DNA from: the human T2T-CHM13v2.0 reference genome, Homo sapiens
Assembly: GCF_009914755.1 (NCBI RefSeq)
Contig: NC_060929.1
DNA length: 64,000 nt
Direction: 5' to 3' (one strand)
This document shows positions 12,817-28,561 of the stretch, piece after piece (the stretch's first letter is position 1; each line of letters begins with the position of its first letter). The notes under the pieces are model-generated. The model saw only the letters and a program-made list of their open reading frames with translations. It ran no database searches and was not told the origin of the DNA. Both the position numbers and the translations under genes were made by a program.

Positions 12817-12995
12817 TAGAGTTTTCAAATCCTTTTTACTCACAAAACCCTTTCATTAAATAAAACCAACAGAATCTCAATGTGTTAAACAGGTGAAAAC
12901 AGTTGTGGTGAAGGAGAAAACTATTCTCTTGGTCTCATGTGGGGCAGGGTCTGAGTGAACCTCTGTCTTTGCAGAGCGCAATTTGAAAACCACTG
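12817..12995. mobile_element. MER103-like hAT-Charlie element
   Basis: GAGTTTTCAAAT...AAACCCTTTCATTAAATAAAA...ATTTGAAAACCACTG TIR pattern. Confidence 0.55.
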
Positions 12996-13329
12996 TGTTA
13001 GCCATATGTTCTGGATTTGTTTCAGAAAGCATAGTTAATATGACTAATTTTGTTTGTCACTTATTGGCAAGTCCTTTAGCCATGTGAGATTAAACACTAG
13101 GGGGAGGTCTTGATGCTACACTGGGGAGGGAATCTTAGTCGGAGAACATACCTGACTCAAAGTGCAGTGCGTGTTCCTGAATGGTACATCACGGTTAACA
13201 GAAGAGAAAGCTCAGGGAATGTGATCACATCTAAATCCATATAGCCTTCCTTTCTCAAGGCAATAGTTAAGGTCCATAATATTTTTGGAGGTAGAGCTCA
13301 CTAGCTATTCCCATTGCCTGGGATCGTCC

Positions 13330-13660
13330 CCCTCCTGTCCTTTGCAAGATTGCTGTTTCTTGTTATTTAAGTGTTGGTTCACAGATCACCTCAATAAATG
13401 GTCTTTCCTGATTGCTCTATCTACCTTAGGCCTTCTTCTTAATAGGTATCTCCTTAATACATTTTATTAATCTCCATCATAACACCCTGTTCAGTTTTAA
13501 AGACTTTAGGAAGAATTTTAGCTTGCTTAGTTTTGATGTTGCTCACTAGAAGGTAATCTCTGTGATAGCAGGAACCATTCTTATAACTTTAATATCTGGT
13601 AGGTACAGTACCTGGCACCCGATAGATATTCAATACATGTTTGTGTAGTGAATGAATGAT
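13330..13660 (+). mobile_element. L2 3' end
   Basis: CACTAGAAGGTAATCTCTGTGATAGCAGG...AGTACCTGGCAC...TGAATGAATGA terminus. Confidence 0.7.
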
Positions 13661-14778
13661 ATATATTATATAAGAGGTGTAAAACACAAGAGAGGCCACT
13701 AGAGGATTCAGTGGGAACATTTCTTTTAGGTAGTTTCCCAGAGCAGTGAATTTTAATATTTAAAAATTTTATTAAAGAAAATGGTGAAACCTGGTTTATG
13801 CAATAACACGTTAATGATAAATAAGTCAATACTAGTAAAGCAGAGTGTCCATATAGGTTTTAAATCAATAATCCATAGTAAAGGAGATAGAAAATATTAA
13901 GAAAAACAAGAAACAAGATAATAAGCCTAGGAGGTTGAGATTTAAGGATATATATTTTCCTTCTCTTGTTATTATAACCAAGTCACATTAAAATTTATGA
14001 CATATCTATTCACCCCGGAGGTAGTATTATTTTGTATTACTCATTTTCTGGCATGACACTTGATTATACTTGGTAGTAAATGAGGCCCTTCTAAATGATA
14101 ATACCTGGAGCCCTAGCAGTCTCCTGTGGATCCCCACAAGTCCTGACATGGAGGACTTTGTGAGTGGGACACAATGCTGTGTAGAGAGGGTACAGAGCAC
14201 CATGATGGTGACCCATAGATAACACAGGTGTTGAACCTAAGAAAAATGGTTTCTATAGGCACAGGACACTTAAAAGAAAGTGGTAAGTGCTGACCTACTT
14301 GTTTTATGGTGGTAGAGTTTGTTCATATTTCAAGCTCTAAAGACTTAAAGGAACAAGACTTAATTCCCACCAGGTGAATTCCTAAGGTTGCAAGGAGGAT
14401 GGGAAGAGAAACTAATAGCTGTGGAGTGCCTGCTAGGTCTGTGTTAAGCATTTTTATGCACATTAGCTTCTAAAAATTCCAGGTGGAGGCTTCAGTCTGG
14501 AAAAGATGATACTTGGTCCTCATATTCCTGGTGGTGAGGTACAGATTGTGGAAAAGATTCATTTTTCTGATTACCAGAACACCCTAGGTATAAATGATGT
14601 CCATGTATGACTTCTTACTAATAAAAAACAGGAATTAAAATTTTCGCTTAGCAAGATTTTGGTGTGAACCCTGAGTTAACATTTCAATTAGATGCTTTTT
14701 TCCATTATTGTGAAGAGTATTGGGAAAATGAATCATGACAACAAACTATATCTGCTCATGATTCTACTTTTTTCTTAC

Positions 14779-14900
14779 CTGATAAGTGCTGTAATTGTAT
14801 TTCCTCCAGTTTCATTTATTAGATGGCTATTGTTAAACTAGGTATGGGTTATTTACTTTGGTAAATATGAGTGTTCTGAGTAGTTTATCTCCATTGTGTA
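14779..14900 (-). other. candidate non-coding exon (splice signals only)
   Basis: minus-strand TTTTGTTTTCAG acceptor and CAG|GTAAGA donor; stops in all three frames. Confidence 0.2.
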
Positions 14901-16868
14901 CTGAAAACAAAATTAAGTATTATGTATATGTTTTAAATTATACTCATGCAAGCAAATTGTTAATGATTAAGTGATGTTTGAAAATGTCTAATTTACAATG
15001 AAAGAATCCAAATTATAGAATTTACAAAATGTGGTCTGGAATGCAGGCTTATAAAATCAGTCTCTAATAGCAAAGTTAATAAGGGTATTGTAAATGTAAC
15101 ATTGCATTTGATTGAATGACTATGGAATATTGGCATTTGAGTTATTTAAATGAAAATACTCAATATTTGGCTATCCTGTAAAGAACCAGTTTCTCCTAAT
15201 CTATTCTCCTTGAGAGTAAGGGGCCCATGGATATAGCCTTTTCCCTGTCTTCACTGCCCCCTTCTCTTCCAAAAATTCCTACAAGCCCCAAGTTCTTATA
15301 TGGGCTGTGTGAATGCTTAAAAGTGAATCAAATTTCCTGTTTTTCATATTCGAAATGCTGTGGCACCCCTTAAGTCCCTTGAATGTCACACCTGTTTTAT
15401 GACAGGAGACACAACAAGGAATCCTAGTACCAAGGCAATATCAGTCGTGCAGGCCCTTAGTGAGGTCCTACTGTCCCCTAGGACAGTGGGCCTAGTCCAG
15501 GCCAGGGGAGTATCTCTTATCCAGGAATCTGTTCCTATCTTTTATCAGTGCCTCATGACATTGGAAAAAAAGTATCTTTTTCTCCATAAAACCCTCCTCT
15601 CTGCATTCAATTTGCACAGGAATGTACTGAGACACAGAGGTCTAAGAAGTACCTTCCCTGGAATCATCTGTTAAGTCAAAATGACCCCACGGTCTCCTTT
15701 CCTGGCAAGCCAGGATATGCTCCATTTGGAAATGTTCCCTCTGGTGTTCTCTAGTACTCTTCTCTCCAGTTACACCTTCTTCTGCTATTTCTCCAAGATG
15801 CCAAATCTAGAATTCTCCCAAATTTTAGGCTTTTATGAACAATATATGCAAAGGAGTGAAAAACCAGGCTGATATTTTGAGCCAAATCTCTTTTCTGCTC
15901 TAATGTAGAATTTGGTTCATCCTAAAGCTGTCTTGAACTCTCATTTCTTGCTCACTGAGACTGCTTTGCCAGCTGTCTTTTTTCCTGACACTAGAATATC
16001 CTTGGCCTAGGAGGTGGGTAGGATAGACTCTTCCAATCTAATCCAGCTCTGCTGAGACCTAGGTTGGGTTGTATATTGTGCTGTGCAGCAGAGCAGGTTC
16101 CAGTGAAAAATCCATTAAGTTCAGCCTTGTGTATTGATTTTTTAAAAGCCTGTTCCATTTCTTTTAGATCCTGAGAATGTGAACAAGTGATTATATTCAG
16201 TGCTGCATTAACTTGCTTGTACTTGTTTTCAAATGAACCATTATGACACAAATTACCTTGAAATGTAATAGTACCAGGTCAGAATGTTAGTATCTTTTTG
16301 GAGGCTGTCATCAATTATATGTACGGATTACAGTCTGAATAAAGGTCATTCCTACTCACTAATTCTGCCAGATTTCCCAGTTGGGGAGGACCTGCTTTAA
16401 AATGCAGGTTAATTTAAGGAAAAAACACCCTCCTACAAACTCATCGTTGAGGTGGGAGCTATTTGCATGAATATATTTATTTGTTCATGAATTTTCTACA
16501 GCACAGGAAGAGTGATTGAAGTTTTCCTTCTCCTTAATGCATAAATTTAGCTTTATTAGCTGTTACATGCATCTTGGTTTTTAGTTGGAATAACTCAGAG
16601 GGTCTTGATTTCTCGATCTCAAAAATTGGGCCCCTTTGGTTAATCTGTCTAAAGCGATTATCTGCCTTTGGGGCATTCGGAGACTTTTTAGGTCAGCACA
16701 CTAAATCTCACCAGAGCACGCCTTTTACACCCCCATTAATGCTGTTTTATTTATAGTTTTTATAAATTAAGGTATTTGATAAAGTTAATTTAAAGGAGGA
16801 AGTCATTATCTAAGGAAGAAACATGGAAGGGGAAGATAACAAAAATAAAGAACTGGTTTAAATTAGAG

Positions 16869-18198
<1,330 letters not shown>

Positions 18199-19960
18199 TT
18201 GTAACTCTGCAGACATTCCTAAAAGGAAGGTCAGTGACTGTAATCTCTCTGACATCTTGTAGTTGAGTTTCTGAATTCCTTCTCACTTCCAGGGGAGCCA
18301 GTACCTAAGGGCTGGAAGGTTCAGCCCTTTCCTAGTGTGATATTGCAGACTGTGCAAATGCTTGTCCTGAACCTAAAATGTCACAGGTTTATATTCGTTA
18401 TGTGATTTGTTCAGCATGTTTCTGACGCAGAAGGTGCCTTGCTCATTCCGAAACTATTTTGTCATTGATGAAACTCGTAGTCAGATAAAAATCAATATAA
18501 AGATGAGATGTAGTATGTCTACCTCATTATTTTAAAAAGAGGGCAATTCTTGTTCAGGATATAGTTTCTGAGGTTGCCTGAAGGAATCTGAAGTTTAAGT
18601 TTAGTATTAATCACACTGTCTGCCAATGAGCCCAACTGGCCTTGTGTTTCAGTGCTGGAAACAAAGGCAAAAAAACGTCAGCTCTAGACTTGGAAGCAGA
18701 AGTTCCAAAAGAGTCCCATTACCGTTTTATTTTTTCCCTTGGAAAGAAATAGGTTTCCAAGGAGAGACAGCCCAAAAAATAGTATCTCAAAGTACGACTT
18801 CTCCAAACCTTCTTTGGGTTTCCAGTTTGGCATAGAAACCCTGGTACTGTTGCAGGCTGTGTAGGTTACACAAGTTCAGCCTGAACCTGTATTCTACAGC
18901 AGAAATCTCCAAACAGGTGCCAACTGGAGGTAGTTCCCATTTTCCAGAGGCCTCATGACCCCTGGAGTGCAGGGAGTGGGGGCTGGAGATACTGAGAGTG
19001 AAGACCCTGAATGGTCAGGCAGTATTGTTGAAAGGGCAGGAGCATTGAAGAGCCCAGAGGCAAGGAAGGCAGTGAGGGGTTCCTGGAGCCATTTAGAAGA
19101 GAGTTGATGAGAGTCTCACCTAGAAGAGGTTGAGTGGGGATGAGAAAGAGAAGGAATATTTGAGAAAGGTTTCAAAGGCAACTCTCTAGTGCAGCCATGT
19201 CTCTTGAATTTTGTAGTGTCACTCTCCCTATTGGGTGTTGTTGACTGTGATCTTCAAATGTGAGGGTGAGAAAGCTTAGGATGGAAGCCCAGAAAGTAGG
19301 CACAACCTCACTCTAGTCATACAGCCCCGACCACTGTGACCACAAGCACAGTTTATTTACAGCTCCAAACTTCTTAACATTCAGCTCTCTCCTGCGTTCT
19401 CTTCATTCTCCACATTCCCAAGGAAGCCGTGTGTTCTGGCTTGAACTACCAAAATGTATAAATAATTGTGATTAACTAGGCCATAGTTTGATTAATTTTT
19501 TGTTTTGCTTTTAAATCAACCCTCCTCCCCCTAGGAGATACAGCAATGATATGAAATAAATGAAACCTGTGCTTATTACAATTCACCCTACATAAATCAT
19601 CCTGCCTTTGGTGAATGGGTAAATAGCTACTTGGAGGCTGCAAATTGAATGTGTTCAAGTACATTAAGAAACAGAACCGAGTATGAAATGAAAGTATTCA
19701 AGCAAGAAATTTCAGGGTTTTTTTCTCCCTCTCCTGCTCTCAAATATTTTCTGTGCTAGGGACTTGCCTGGGAGTCAGGAGGAGCAGGTTCTATAGTGCA
19801 AGGCTGAGTGTGAATGTGCCAGGCATCAGAAGCTGGCCTGGGGACCTTAAGCATCGTCCTTAGGATAAGAGAAGATGTGATAATTATCACACAGGGCTGG
19901 GTCTGAGTGGAATAAGCAGTGGACCAAAGGTAGTAGGTCTCTAGGCAGAATCTTTTCCAA

Positions 19961-20110
19961 CAGTGGTTTCAAACCTGGCTACCTGGCCAAATTTTCCAAG
20001 AGTTTAATTATAGATCTATGAGCCAAACCTGAGATTTGAATCAGAATTTTTGAGACTGGGCCTTGGAAATTTACATTCTAAAAAAGCTCAAGTGACTGGG
20101 AGACATGATC
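19961..20110. mobile_element. MER5-like MITE
   Basis: CAGTGGTTTCAAACCTGGCT start; TGAATCAGAAT...GGGCCTTGGAAATTTACATT interior. Confidence 0.55.
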
Positions 20111-20169
20111 AGGTTCATATAGTTCACTTCTGGTAGCTGGGGCTTAGAATGAAAGAAACTAAGATACGA

Positions 20170-20487
<318 letters not shown>

Positions 20488-20767
20488 CTAAGGTACGAGG
20501 TCAAGTCTCCCAACAATTGCAACCTTAGAGAAGTACCTCCAGGTTTCATTTCTTTCTTATAAAATATGAGTCTCCCAGGTCCCTCTAGGCTCTAAAAAAT
20601 GTTATGTTTCAATAAAGGAGCATCTTGACATGGTTCCAACTGTTAGTTTTGTTTTGCGTGCCTTTGCATTTAGAAATTCTCTCACAAAGCTAACCTTTAT
20701 GTAGGTGGAGTTTGTGGCTGACTGTAGAGTTCATTGAAAGGATTCTGAGGAGGTTTTTCTTCCCCAG

Positions 20768-20830
20768 AACATCTTCCACACCAACCTGCTTTGAGTTTCA
20801 GAAATTTGTCCATTAGAGGAACGGATTAAG
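20768..20830 (+). other. candidate non-coding exon (splice signals only)
   Basis: TTTTTCTTCCCCAG acceptor and AAG|GTGAGG donor; 63 nt, stops in all frames. Confidence 0.2.
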
Positions 20831-21196
20831 GTGAGGTATCTTTATTAACTCATAGATCCCCTTTTTAACTGGTTATTACATTGCATTAGTGAGTTAATAA
20901 TGGCCTAATAGAAGATATTTTAGCATTTCTCAGCCACTTTTCCTTTTAGGATACCCATGGCTCAGGGTGTTTGCAGGTGCCTCACCCTCACAGAGACATA
21001 CTTAGGGCTCTGGGCAAAATCCAGCTGTAACCCTGCTGTTTCCTGCTACTTAGAAAGCATCTCAAAAGGCAGATCGCAAGAGTGGAATAGAATAACCTAA
21101 ATCTGCTGAAGTTTTACAAAAATGAAATTATAACTAACTCTCCGAATTTGATATGAGTAAAAAATTTACTCGTGATGCAGCTTTTCTGATTGTGAC

Positions 21197-21612
21197 TGTA
21201 TTAATTTGCTAGGGCTGCCATAACAAAGCACTGCAAATGGGCTGCTCACACAACAAACGTTGATTGTCTCAGAATTCTGGAAGCTAGAAAGTCCGAAATC
21301 AAGGTGTCGACAGGGTTGGTTTATTTCGAGGGCTATGAGGGAGGGATCTGTTCGTGTCCCCTCTTCTTGGCTTGTAGATGGCTGGCTTCTTCCTATGTTT
21401 CTTCACATTGTCTTCCCTCTAGGCATGTCTGTCTTTATCCAAATTTACTGTTTTTATGAGGACACCAATCATATTGCATTAGGGCCCACTCCATGGAACT
21501 CATTTTAACGTGGTCATCTGCAAAGACCTTTTTTCCAAATAAGGTCACATTCACAAGGTACTGGGGAGTAGAACCTCAACATCTTTTGTGGAGATGTAAT
21601 TCAACCCATAAC
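21197..21612 (-). mobile_element. MLT1B MaLR LTR
   Basis: TGTATTAATTTGCTAGGGCTGCCATAACAAAG...TTCAACCCATAAC; TSD GTGAC on both sides. Confidence 0.88.
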
Positions 21613-21849
21613 GTGACATTTTATTGTGGCACTGATGATGAAAAACTAATAATTTATGAGTAGAATTAAGATCCTTAGAAAATGAATAAAATTATAGACA
21701 AGTTTTTCTGGTGTGAACTGGAGAGACTAAAGATGGAGCAGGAACTGCCAGGGGTAGGACCAGTCCAGATTGAAAGGTCTTGACCTGCCAACAGAAAGTG
21801 ATTGGGACTGAATTATGATGGGAAGTGTTGCCATATCCGGGAAGACTAC

Positions 21850-22010
21850 TATTGCATTTGGAGATAGGGACTTTAAAAAGGTAATTAAATTAAAATGAGT
21901 TCATTAAATTGGGCCCTAATACAATATAACTGATCCTTATAAGAAGAAATTTGGGTACAGACACATACATACAAAGGAAATAAAATGTAAAAACATAAGA
22001 GGGACACCAA
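21850..22010 (+). mobile_element. MLT1B fragment
   Basis: ATTTGGAGATAGGGACTTTAAAAAGGTAATTAAATTAAAATGAG...GGGCCCTAAT...CCTTATAAGAAGA. Confidence 0.7.
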
Positions 22011-22369
22011 ATACAAACTGAGCCTTCTTAATGAAATAATGGAAGAATGCTCCTGCAGCTAAGTGTGGGCAGAATAAGCTTATTACAGTCAGTGTTGGAG
22101 TCAGCAGCTGTTTTGTATCTGTTCTCATGAATGTTTCATAAGCAAAAAAGAGTTGCATCAAATTTTTGATGAACAACCTTTTTACTGTTATAATAAAATA
22201 ATCACGTCATTAATAAAACCAATAATTTATCTCAAGCCTGTTTTACTTTGGTAAATATTTAGCTTGTACAGTTGTACAGCACATATATTGCATGCTGACA
22301 TATATTTTGAAATCAATACCAGAAATTGTCTGAAGAATGGGGGGTATTTGGTAGTATTTTGAGAATAAA

Positions 22370-22558
22370 TAATGGTGTGCTACAACCTACTTGCATTGCC
22401 AGGAGGCAATTGTGTTCATCTTTTCCTAGCTCCATGATCACGTTAGTATCTTGAAATTGGTTAAGGTGGGAAAATTTACACTATGGCAATTGGCAAATAA
22501 CAAAAATTCAAACCATTTTTTGGGAGCTGGTTGTTAGACATTCACCAGAACACCTTCA
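22370..22558. mobile_element. MER63-like hAT-Blackjack MITE
   Basis: TGGTGTGCT start; GGTGGGAAAATTTACACTATGGCAATTGGCAAAT; GAGCTGGTTGTTAGACATTCACCAGAACACC end. Confidence 0.7.
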
Positions 22559-23176
22559 GAAATAAACTGTATTTGTAAACAAATTAATGTACTCTGGTGT
22601 TGCGGGCATTTACAAGAAAATCTGTCTTTCCTGATGAAGAAAAATAGCTGATTCTTGTTACCAGGCTTTAGACTAATTTGTGAAGATAAATTTTAGAGCC
22701 AGTTTAGAAAACAGATGAAATGAATTTGAGCTGCAATTTAGTAATGGCTTCTAAAGCTGTTGAGCAAATTGCTGAAGTAATTTTGGTATGTGAAACATAT
22801 TCACTAAGGAGAGTGAAAATTCAAACTCCTTGCCTCCCTGACAGAAGGATGATTAATAGCAGAACTAGAAGGATCAGCATTTTCATGGAAAACTCTAGAA
22901 ATCAGAGAGTTCCAAAGCTGTCATTAGTTTAGTTTTAAGGTTTTATAAGGAAAAAAACCAATGGCGAATTAAACATTTGTTAATTCAACCTGTATTATTT
23001 TATGAGTAGCTGTGTTATATGTACTTAAGTGAAGACAAGTGAGCTTAGAACTTAGAACCTAGAGTGTTTCATGTATGGTGCCTTCTTTCTGTTGATTTGC
23101 ATTTCCACCCCTGGGAAATGCTAAAGAGGACTAAGGACACCATTGAAATGTCACTCTTTCTGAATGAGGGAGATGG

Positions 23177-23320
23177 CAGTGCTTCTCAAACTTTAATGTG
23201 TTTACAGAACCCCTGGGGAGACTTCCTGAAACTTAGATTCTCATGAAGTCTGGGGTTGGGGGGCTGGGTGGCACCTCTGCTGATGAGCAGTTGGTAGACC
23301 ACTCCCTGAGGAAGGAGCTA
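23177..23320. mobile_element. MER5A1-like MITE
   Basis: CAGTGCTTCTCAAACTTTAATGTG start. Confidence 0.6.
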
Positions 23321-23545
23321 GAATCCTTCTGAGGTGCAAGTGTGGAGATGCTCCTCAGCCAGTGTGATCCTCCCTCTCCCCAACCTTCCCCTCAGCAACA
23401 ACCAGCAACATGTGATTTAAAAGTTTCCCTACTTTTATTCTTTTATACTTCCTTTCAGTTTAGATTTCTTTAGTGGTTGGGGGTAACAGTATTCTCCCTT
23501 AAAAATTCCTATGTGGGTCATTTCTTCTTAACACTTAAAACCGTT

Positions 23546-23602
23546 TCTCTCTCTCTCTGTCTCTCTCTCTCTCTCACTCTGTCTCTCTGTCTGTCTCTGT
23601 CT
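23546..23602 (+). repeat. (TC)n/(TCTG)n microsatellite
   Basis: direct reading. Confidence 0.9.
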
Positions 23603-23932
23603 AGCTTGAGACTTACTGGGATTTCTGTAATTCTGCACTGCTTCCAGTAGAGGTCATTGCCTTGTTATAGAAATATTTCCTTTGTAAGAGATAGATCAAT
23701 GGCTGGGATGACTGCATTTTGTGGGGGAGTCAGTGAGTCAGCCCGAGGGACTAGTTATCTCCAAGGCCACTGGTTTGCCCATAATAGCACCTCCATTTAA
23801 AAGTTGGAGACCCTCCACCTTCTTGTTAGTTAATCTAAATACAAAAAATTGGCAGACTTTTCCAATTACCTGGAACAAATGAAGGAAAAACCTACTGAAG
23901 CATGGCCAAAGTGCTCAGATGCTTTAGTGCGG

Positions 23933-24345
23933 TATGTTAATTTGCTAGGGCTGCTGTAATAAGGTAGTACAGACTGGGGAGCTTAAACAACTGAAATGTA
24001 TTTGTTCACAGTTCTGGAGAATAGAAGTCCCAGGTTAAGGCATCAGCAGGGCTGGTTCCTTCTGAGGGCCATGAGGGAAAGATGCAGGCCTGTTCCTGTC
24101 CTCTCTTTTTGGCTTATAAATGGGTGTTTTCACATTGTCTTTCACTGGTATGAGTGTGTCTGTGCCCATATTTCCTTTTCTTAGAAGGATCAGTTATACT
24201 GGATTAAGGTCCAATTTAATCAACTCGTGTTAATTTAATTACCTCTTTAAAGTATCTATCTCCAAATGCAAGTACATTTTGAGGTTTTAGGGGTTAGAAC
24301 TTCAACAAATGAATTTTTTGGTGGGAGACACAATTCCATAAATAA
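23933..24345 (-). mobile_element. MLT1B MaLR LTR
   Basis: TTAATTTGCTAGGGCTGCTGTAA...CTTAAACAAC...GGGGTTAGAACTTCAACA...GACACAATTC. Confidence 0.85.
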
Positions 24346-27300
24346 GCAAACTGTCCTAAGAGAAGAGGACTTCTTGGATGCACATAGCTTTGTCTACAGC
24401 TATAATTCACTTGTAAAATTTAAGTCAAAGCTTTACCTTTTCCTTCCATAAACTGAGTACATCTGGAAAAACGGAAGTAAAATAAAAATCAGCTTGCTTT
24501 ACTTATCTTAAGTAATTGTTCATTTTCTTGTAGGTACTTCATATTGAAGGCTGGTCTAGGAGGAAAGACCTAGGGGAAGGAAACTCCAAAGTCAGAGATA
24601 GGTTGTAAAGCTTCTGGTTATATTTTCCAGATTCATTATCTTTCAGATTTCCTTTCCACCACTACTTCTTTCTGTCACAATTCCTTTGTTCTTTCAGGTC
24701 TGCTAAGTTGCTTTCTTGAAGTCTTTCCAGATCACATGAACTGAAAGTTAGTTTCTGTCCTCTGAATTCATTAATTTATTCTGAAAACTCACTCCAAAGC
24801 ACCCATTCTCTTTGGAATACTCCGGGAATATGAACTTGAGTATGTCAGTTCCTTGTCCCCATTAGCTTATTACAGTAGAATAGAAATGTTTGTAAGGAAT
24901 GTGTGGCTGGGCTTGGATAGAGACTTCTGGGAGAATCAGGAGATGTTTGATCTGTCATTCATTTGGAATGTATTTGTAAGCCTTAACAGTGCTCTCCTTA
25001 CCGACTCATGAATTGTTGAATTGTAATCTTTGTATTTCTTGTATGGCAGTGTACATTGTAGGTATTCAACTAATGCTTTTCAAAGCATGAATAAAATCAG
25101 GCCTAGTACTCTTACTCTAGAATAAATGTTAAGGTCCTGTTCTATAAGGTGGGACTACTTGCCTAATCTCCTCACAGTCTGTGTTCAACAGGGCCCACAC
25201 AGGCCTTATTACTATAAATCGTACTCCCAGGGGGGCTTTGTGAGAACAACAAAAAGATCTGTTGCAAATAATTGAACACAAGTTATAGGCTTAGAATTAT
25301 ATAAATATATTATATAGTTATTTTATAGATTCAACAACTGAAACATAGAGTGAGGTTTTGAGATTAGCATTTTACTTCCTCCTTTCTAAGGAAACACTGA
25401 AAGAAAACTTGAGCCAGCTTCTGGCTAAGACAACTGTCTGTCTTAGTCTGCTTCAAATTTTGGGGGTTCTTGCATGAACTTTCTTCCAACTCTTCTACCC
25501 TATTCTATTGGTGTTAGAATGGTGACATTTCCTCACAGTGGAGCCCTTTTAAAATTATAATGAAGACTCTAAATTTGCTTTGGGTCATTTTGAGTGCACT
25601 GACTTCATTAGTTGCAGCAGCAGAAGGATTCCTAATACTCCCATCTAGGAGCCATTGAAAATTTAATTTGGAAAAGTTTTTTTTCCTCATTTTGGCATCT
25701 TGCACTATTACATTTCCTGTTGAGTATTCTGATGGCTGCATTTAAAAATAATTTGGTTTGCTTTAGAGGTTGAAGAGTCTGTCAATTTGATCTAAAATGA
25801 AATACAACCGTCACAGCCAAGAACCATGAATATCAAAACATCCTGTCTGGTTTTAGCCACTTGAGGAAATTACTATTTAACCAAATATTGAAGCAGTTAA
25901 ACAGTAATTTACAAGGCCATTGTTCTCTGTTGCTGGAGACCTAAATTTTAAGGGCAGCTGCCACATCTTGAATGGAGACTGATGAACAGAAAAGAGTTCA
26001 AGAGACTTTCTCCAGTTCTGCTCTTCTGCTCGACTTCATGTCCCCTGGACTGTTTTCTTCCTCTTACTAACCCCCTACCACTGAAGAGAATGGGTTTGAG
26101 TATTCTTTTATTTTTCCTGATGTCTTTTTCACACGAATACTTTTAGCTTTGTGGTAACATGATGGAGTGAATTCTAGGTTTGAGAATTTTTTTTTCAGAG
26201 CCACATCAAAAATTCCCAGTAGAAAATGTGAGCAGCTGTGAAAGCCTCATAACTAGAATATCCAACTTGGACACAGGATGAGCTAAAACAGAATTGTCAA
26301 ATCATTCCTGGGTGCCCTTTTCTTATAAGATAGTTATCATCCTGTTCAATATTTGGGCAAACTGACTATTCTATAGGCTCCTGAAATCTAAAATAGAAAT
26401 TAGTTAGGTGTAGATGATTAAATGCGGTACTTTACTTTTCTGAGTAAAGATATTGCCCTAGTGCATTCTCTCTCTGCATGTTTGTGCTTGGGCTCCTTAT
26501 GTCCCAGCAATATTTTGGCACAGGTTAAAAGTTTGGATTAAAATGGGACATGGTATAGGAGGTAGTCATACAGTTTATTCGCCAGTTTAGCACCAACTGC
26601 ATCTGTCTCCCTGGTGAGAACACATTCTGTGTTTCCTTTAATCTCTTTTACAAGTGATGACAGCATATATTAACAGAGGGCTAGAATAAATCACTGGGTT
26701 TAAGTTAATGATCATCTAATAATAAGATGTGATAGGATTATATTAGAATTGCAGAATTGGGCTATTTATTAAGAGTGGCATGCTATCAAATTATAAGCCT
26801 CAGAGGACATAGAAGTAATTATAATCTTCTAGAAATGCAAAAAGTTAGCTTTTTGAAAGTCTATTTTATTATTTTGCTATAAATCATGGCCAGATAAGGT
26901 TAACTCTGAAAAATGTCGGATAAGTGAAAAAATAAATTTTATTAGCATTTAAATGAGACCTCATCTAATACTTTCTGGTAATTTTTAGAGGAATTCCACA
27001 TTTTTGATACCTTTCTTATGCATAAAAGTGTTAAAACCTGATAACATAGAAATTAAGATGCTTTTTAAAAGTTTGATTTAGTGGTATAAAATATTACTAG
27101 CTGCAATTGTATTACATTGTGTAATTGCTCATTACAAAGCTTGCTGTCAAATATATATTAGCTAGAGGAGTTATATTATCCATCTGTGATGACTTGGAAG
27201 AAATGGCAGAGTGATCAGAAAGCTGAACACAGGAACTTAGAACTTGGAATTTGAATCTCAACTGGACTCTTTATCTGAATACTTATAGAACTTCCTTTAC

Positions 27301-27379
27301 AGAATGAACCAAATCATTGCTTTTATACTGTTAAGTAACTTTTCTGAAAGTTCTTTGAGCCCCAGATGAAAGACCCTTA

Positions 27380-27637
27380 TCTACTTCATTGTCTTCCATC
27401 ATCTCCTACCTTGCTGCCCAGCATCTCATTTTTTGACTATCTGCAATTTTTATTTCTTGGCTTATTTATCAGAGCATCTAAATTTAGCTCCCATCAGTCT
27501 CCTTCCTTTCTCAAAAAATTCTGGAATGATGTTCTATCTTGATTACTTTCATTTATTTGTAATCTTTCAACCCATTGCATCTCAGCATCAACTCCTATCA
27601 TTTTACCCAAACTATTCCTAATTGCTGGATCTGGCAG

Positions 27638-27679
<42 letters not shown>

Positions 27680-28080
27680 CTTTTTTTTCTTGGTCATTGT
27701 CTTCTTAAACATGTGAACTTGATGCAATGAATCCTCCCTTTTTTTCTTGAATCTCTCTTGGCTTCTGCTCTTTAGTAATCTTGTTATTAGGGATATGCCA
27801 TTTGCTCACTTTAGATTGTAGGTTAAATAACACTTCCTCAGTTTTAGCCATAATTTTAGGACTACTGGAGAAACTCCCATCCTATATCTGCTTACCCAGA
27901 TATTTAAGTCTGGTAAATCTACAATTATTATGTGACTAGTCCAGTTCACCAGCCTTCCCAAATCCTATGTCTTAAATTGAATAAATACCTTCAGTGCTTA
28001 TGTAAGTCTGATATGATCACTCAGCAGTATAAAGAATCAAAGAATAATACCTTTGGTTCCCTCTTTTGGGCATAACATCA
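27380..28080 (+). mobile_element. L2 fragment containing an expanded T-run
   Basis: pyrimidine-rich L2-like text (CCTCCCTTTTTTCTTGAATCTCTCTTGGCTTC). Confidence 0.45.
27640..27691 (+). repeat. poly-T tract (T40 uninterrupted)
   Basis: direct reading. Confidence 0.95.
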
Positions 28081-28561
28081 TATTACTTAAATTAAAGATG
28101 TGGTTGGAGGCTGGCCTCGAATATAAAGTGCTGTCCTGGACCTGCAGACCAGCTTGTTGGAGGTCACCCCCTGCTCCAACAGCATCTGCGTCTATGAACC
28201 TTGGGAACTGAAAGATTTCAACACATTCCTAAGGACTCAAAGCATTAACTAGTTCCTCAAGGTGAAGGGACACAACTTACACATCAACTACTCTCTTTTA
28301 TGAAAGTGTAATTACTGTAATTATTAAACACTGACAAAATGCAGGAATCATTGCAATGTACTGACAGAGGATAATAAGCACTTGCTGCCACTCCCAGAGC
28401 TCAGCTTCAATTTTTGAACCCTTTGAAGTTAGTGTAGGGCTACACAATGCTAACTTTGCTTCCCTCTTAACCTTACAGGGGCCATTCAGGGTAAAGAGAC
28501 TGCAGCTAATGGTGTCCCAGGAATAGGAACTGAATAGGTTAAGAAAGATCCCACACATGAT

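Noticed and set aside
21197-22010. Inverted similarity between 21.4 kb and 21.9 kb
   Set aside because: Explained by two MLT1B copies in opposite orientation
27494-27727. Poly-lysine ORF
   Set aside because: Artefact of the T40 tract
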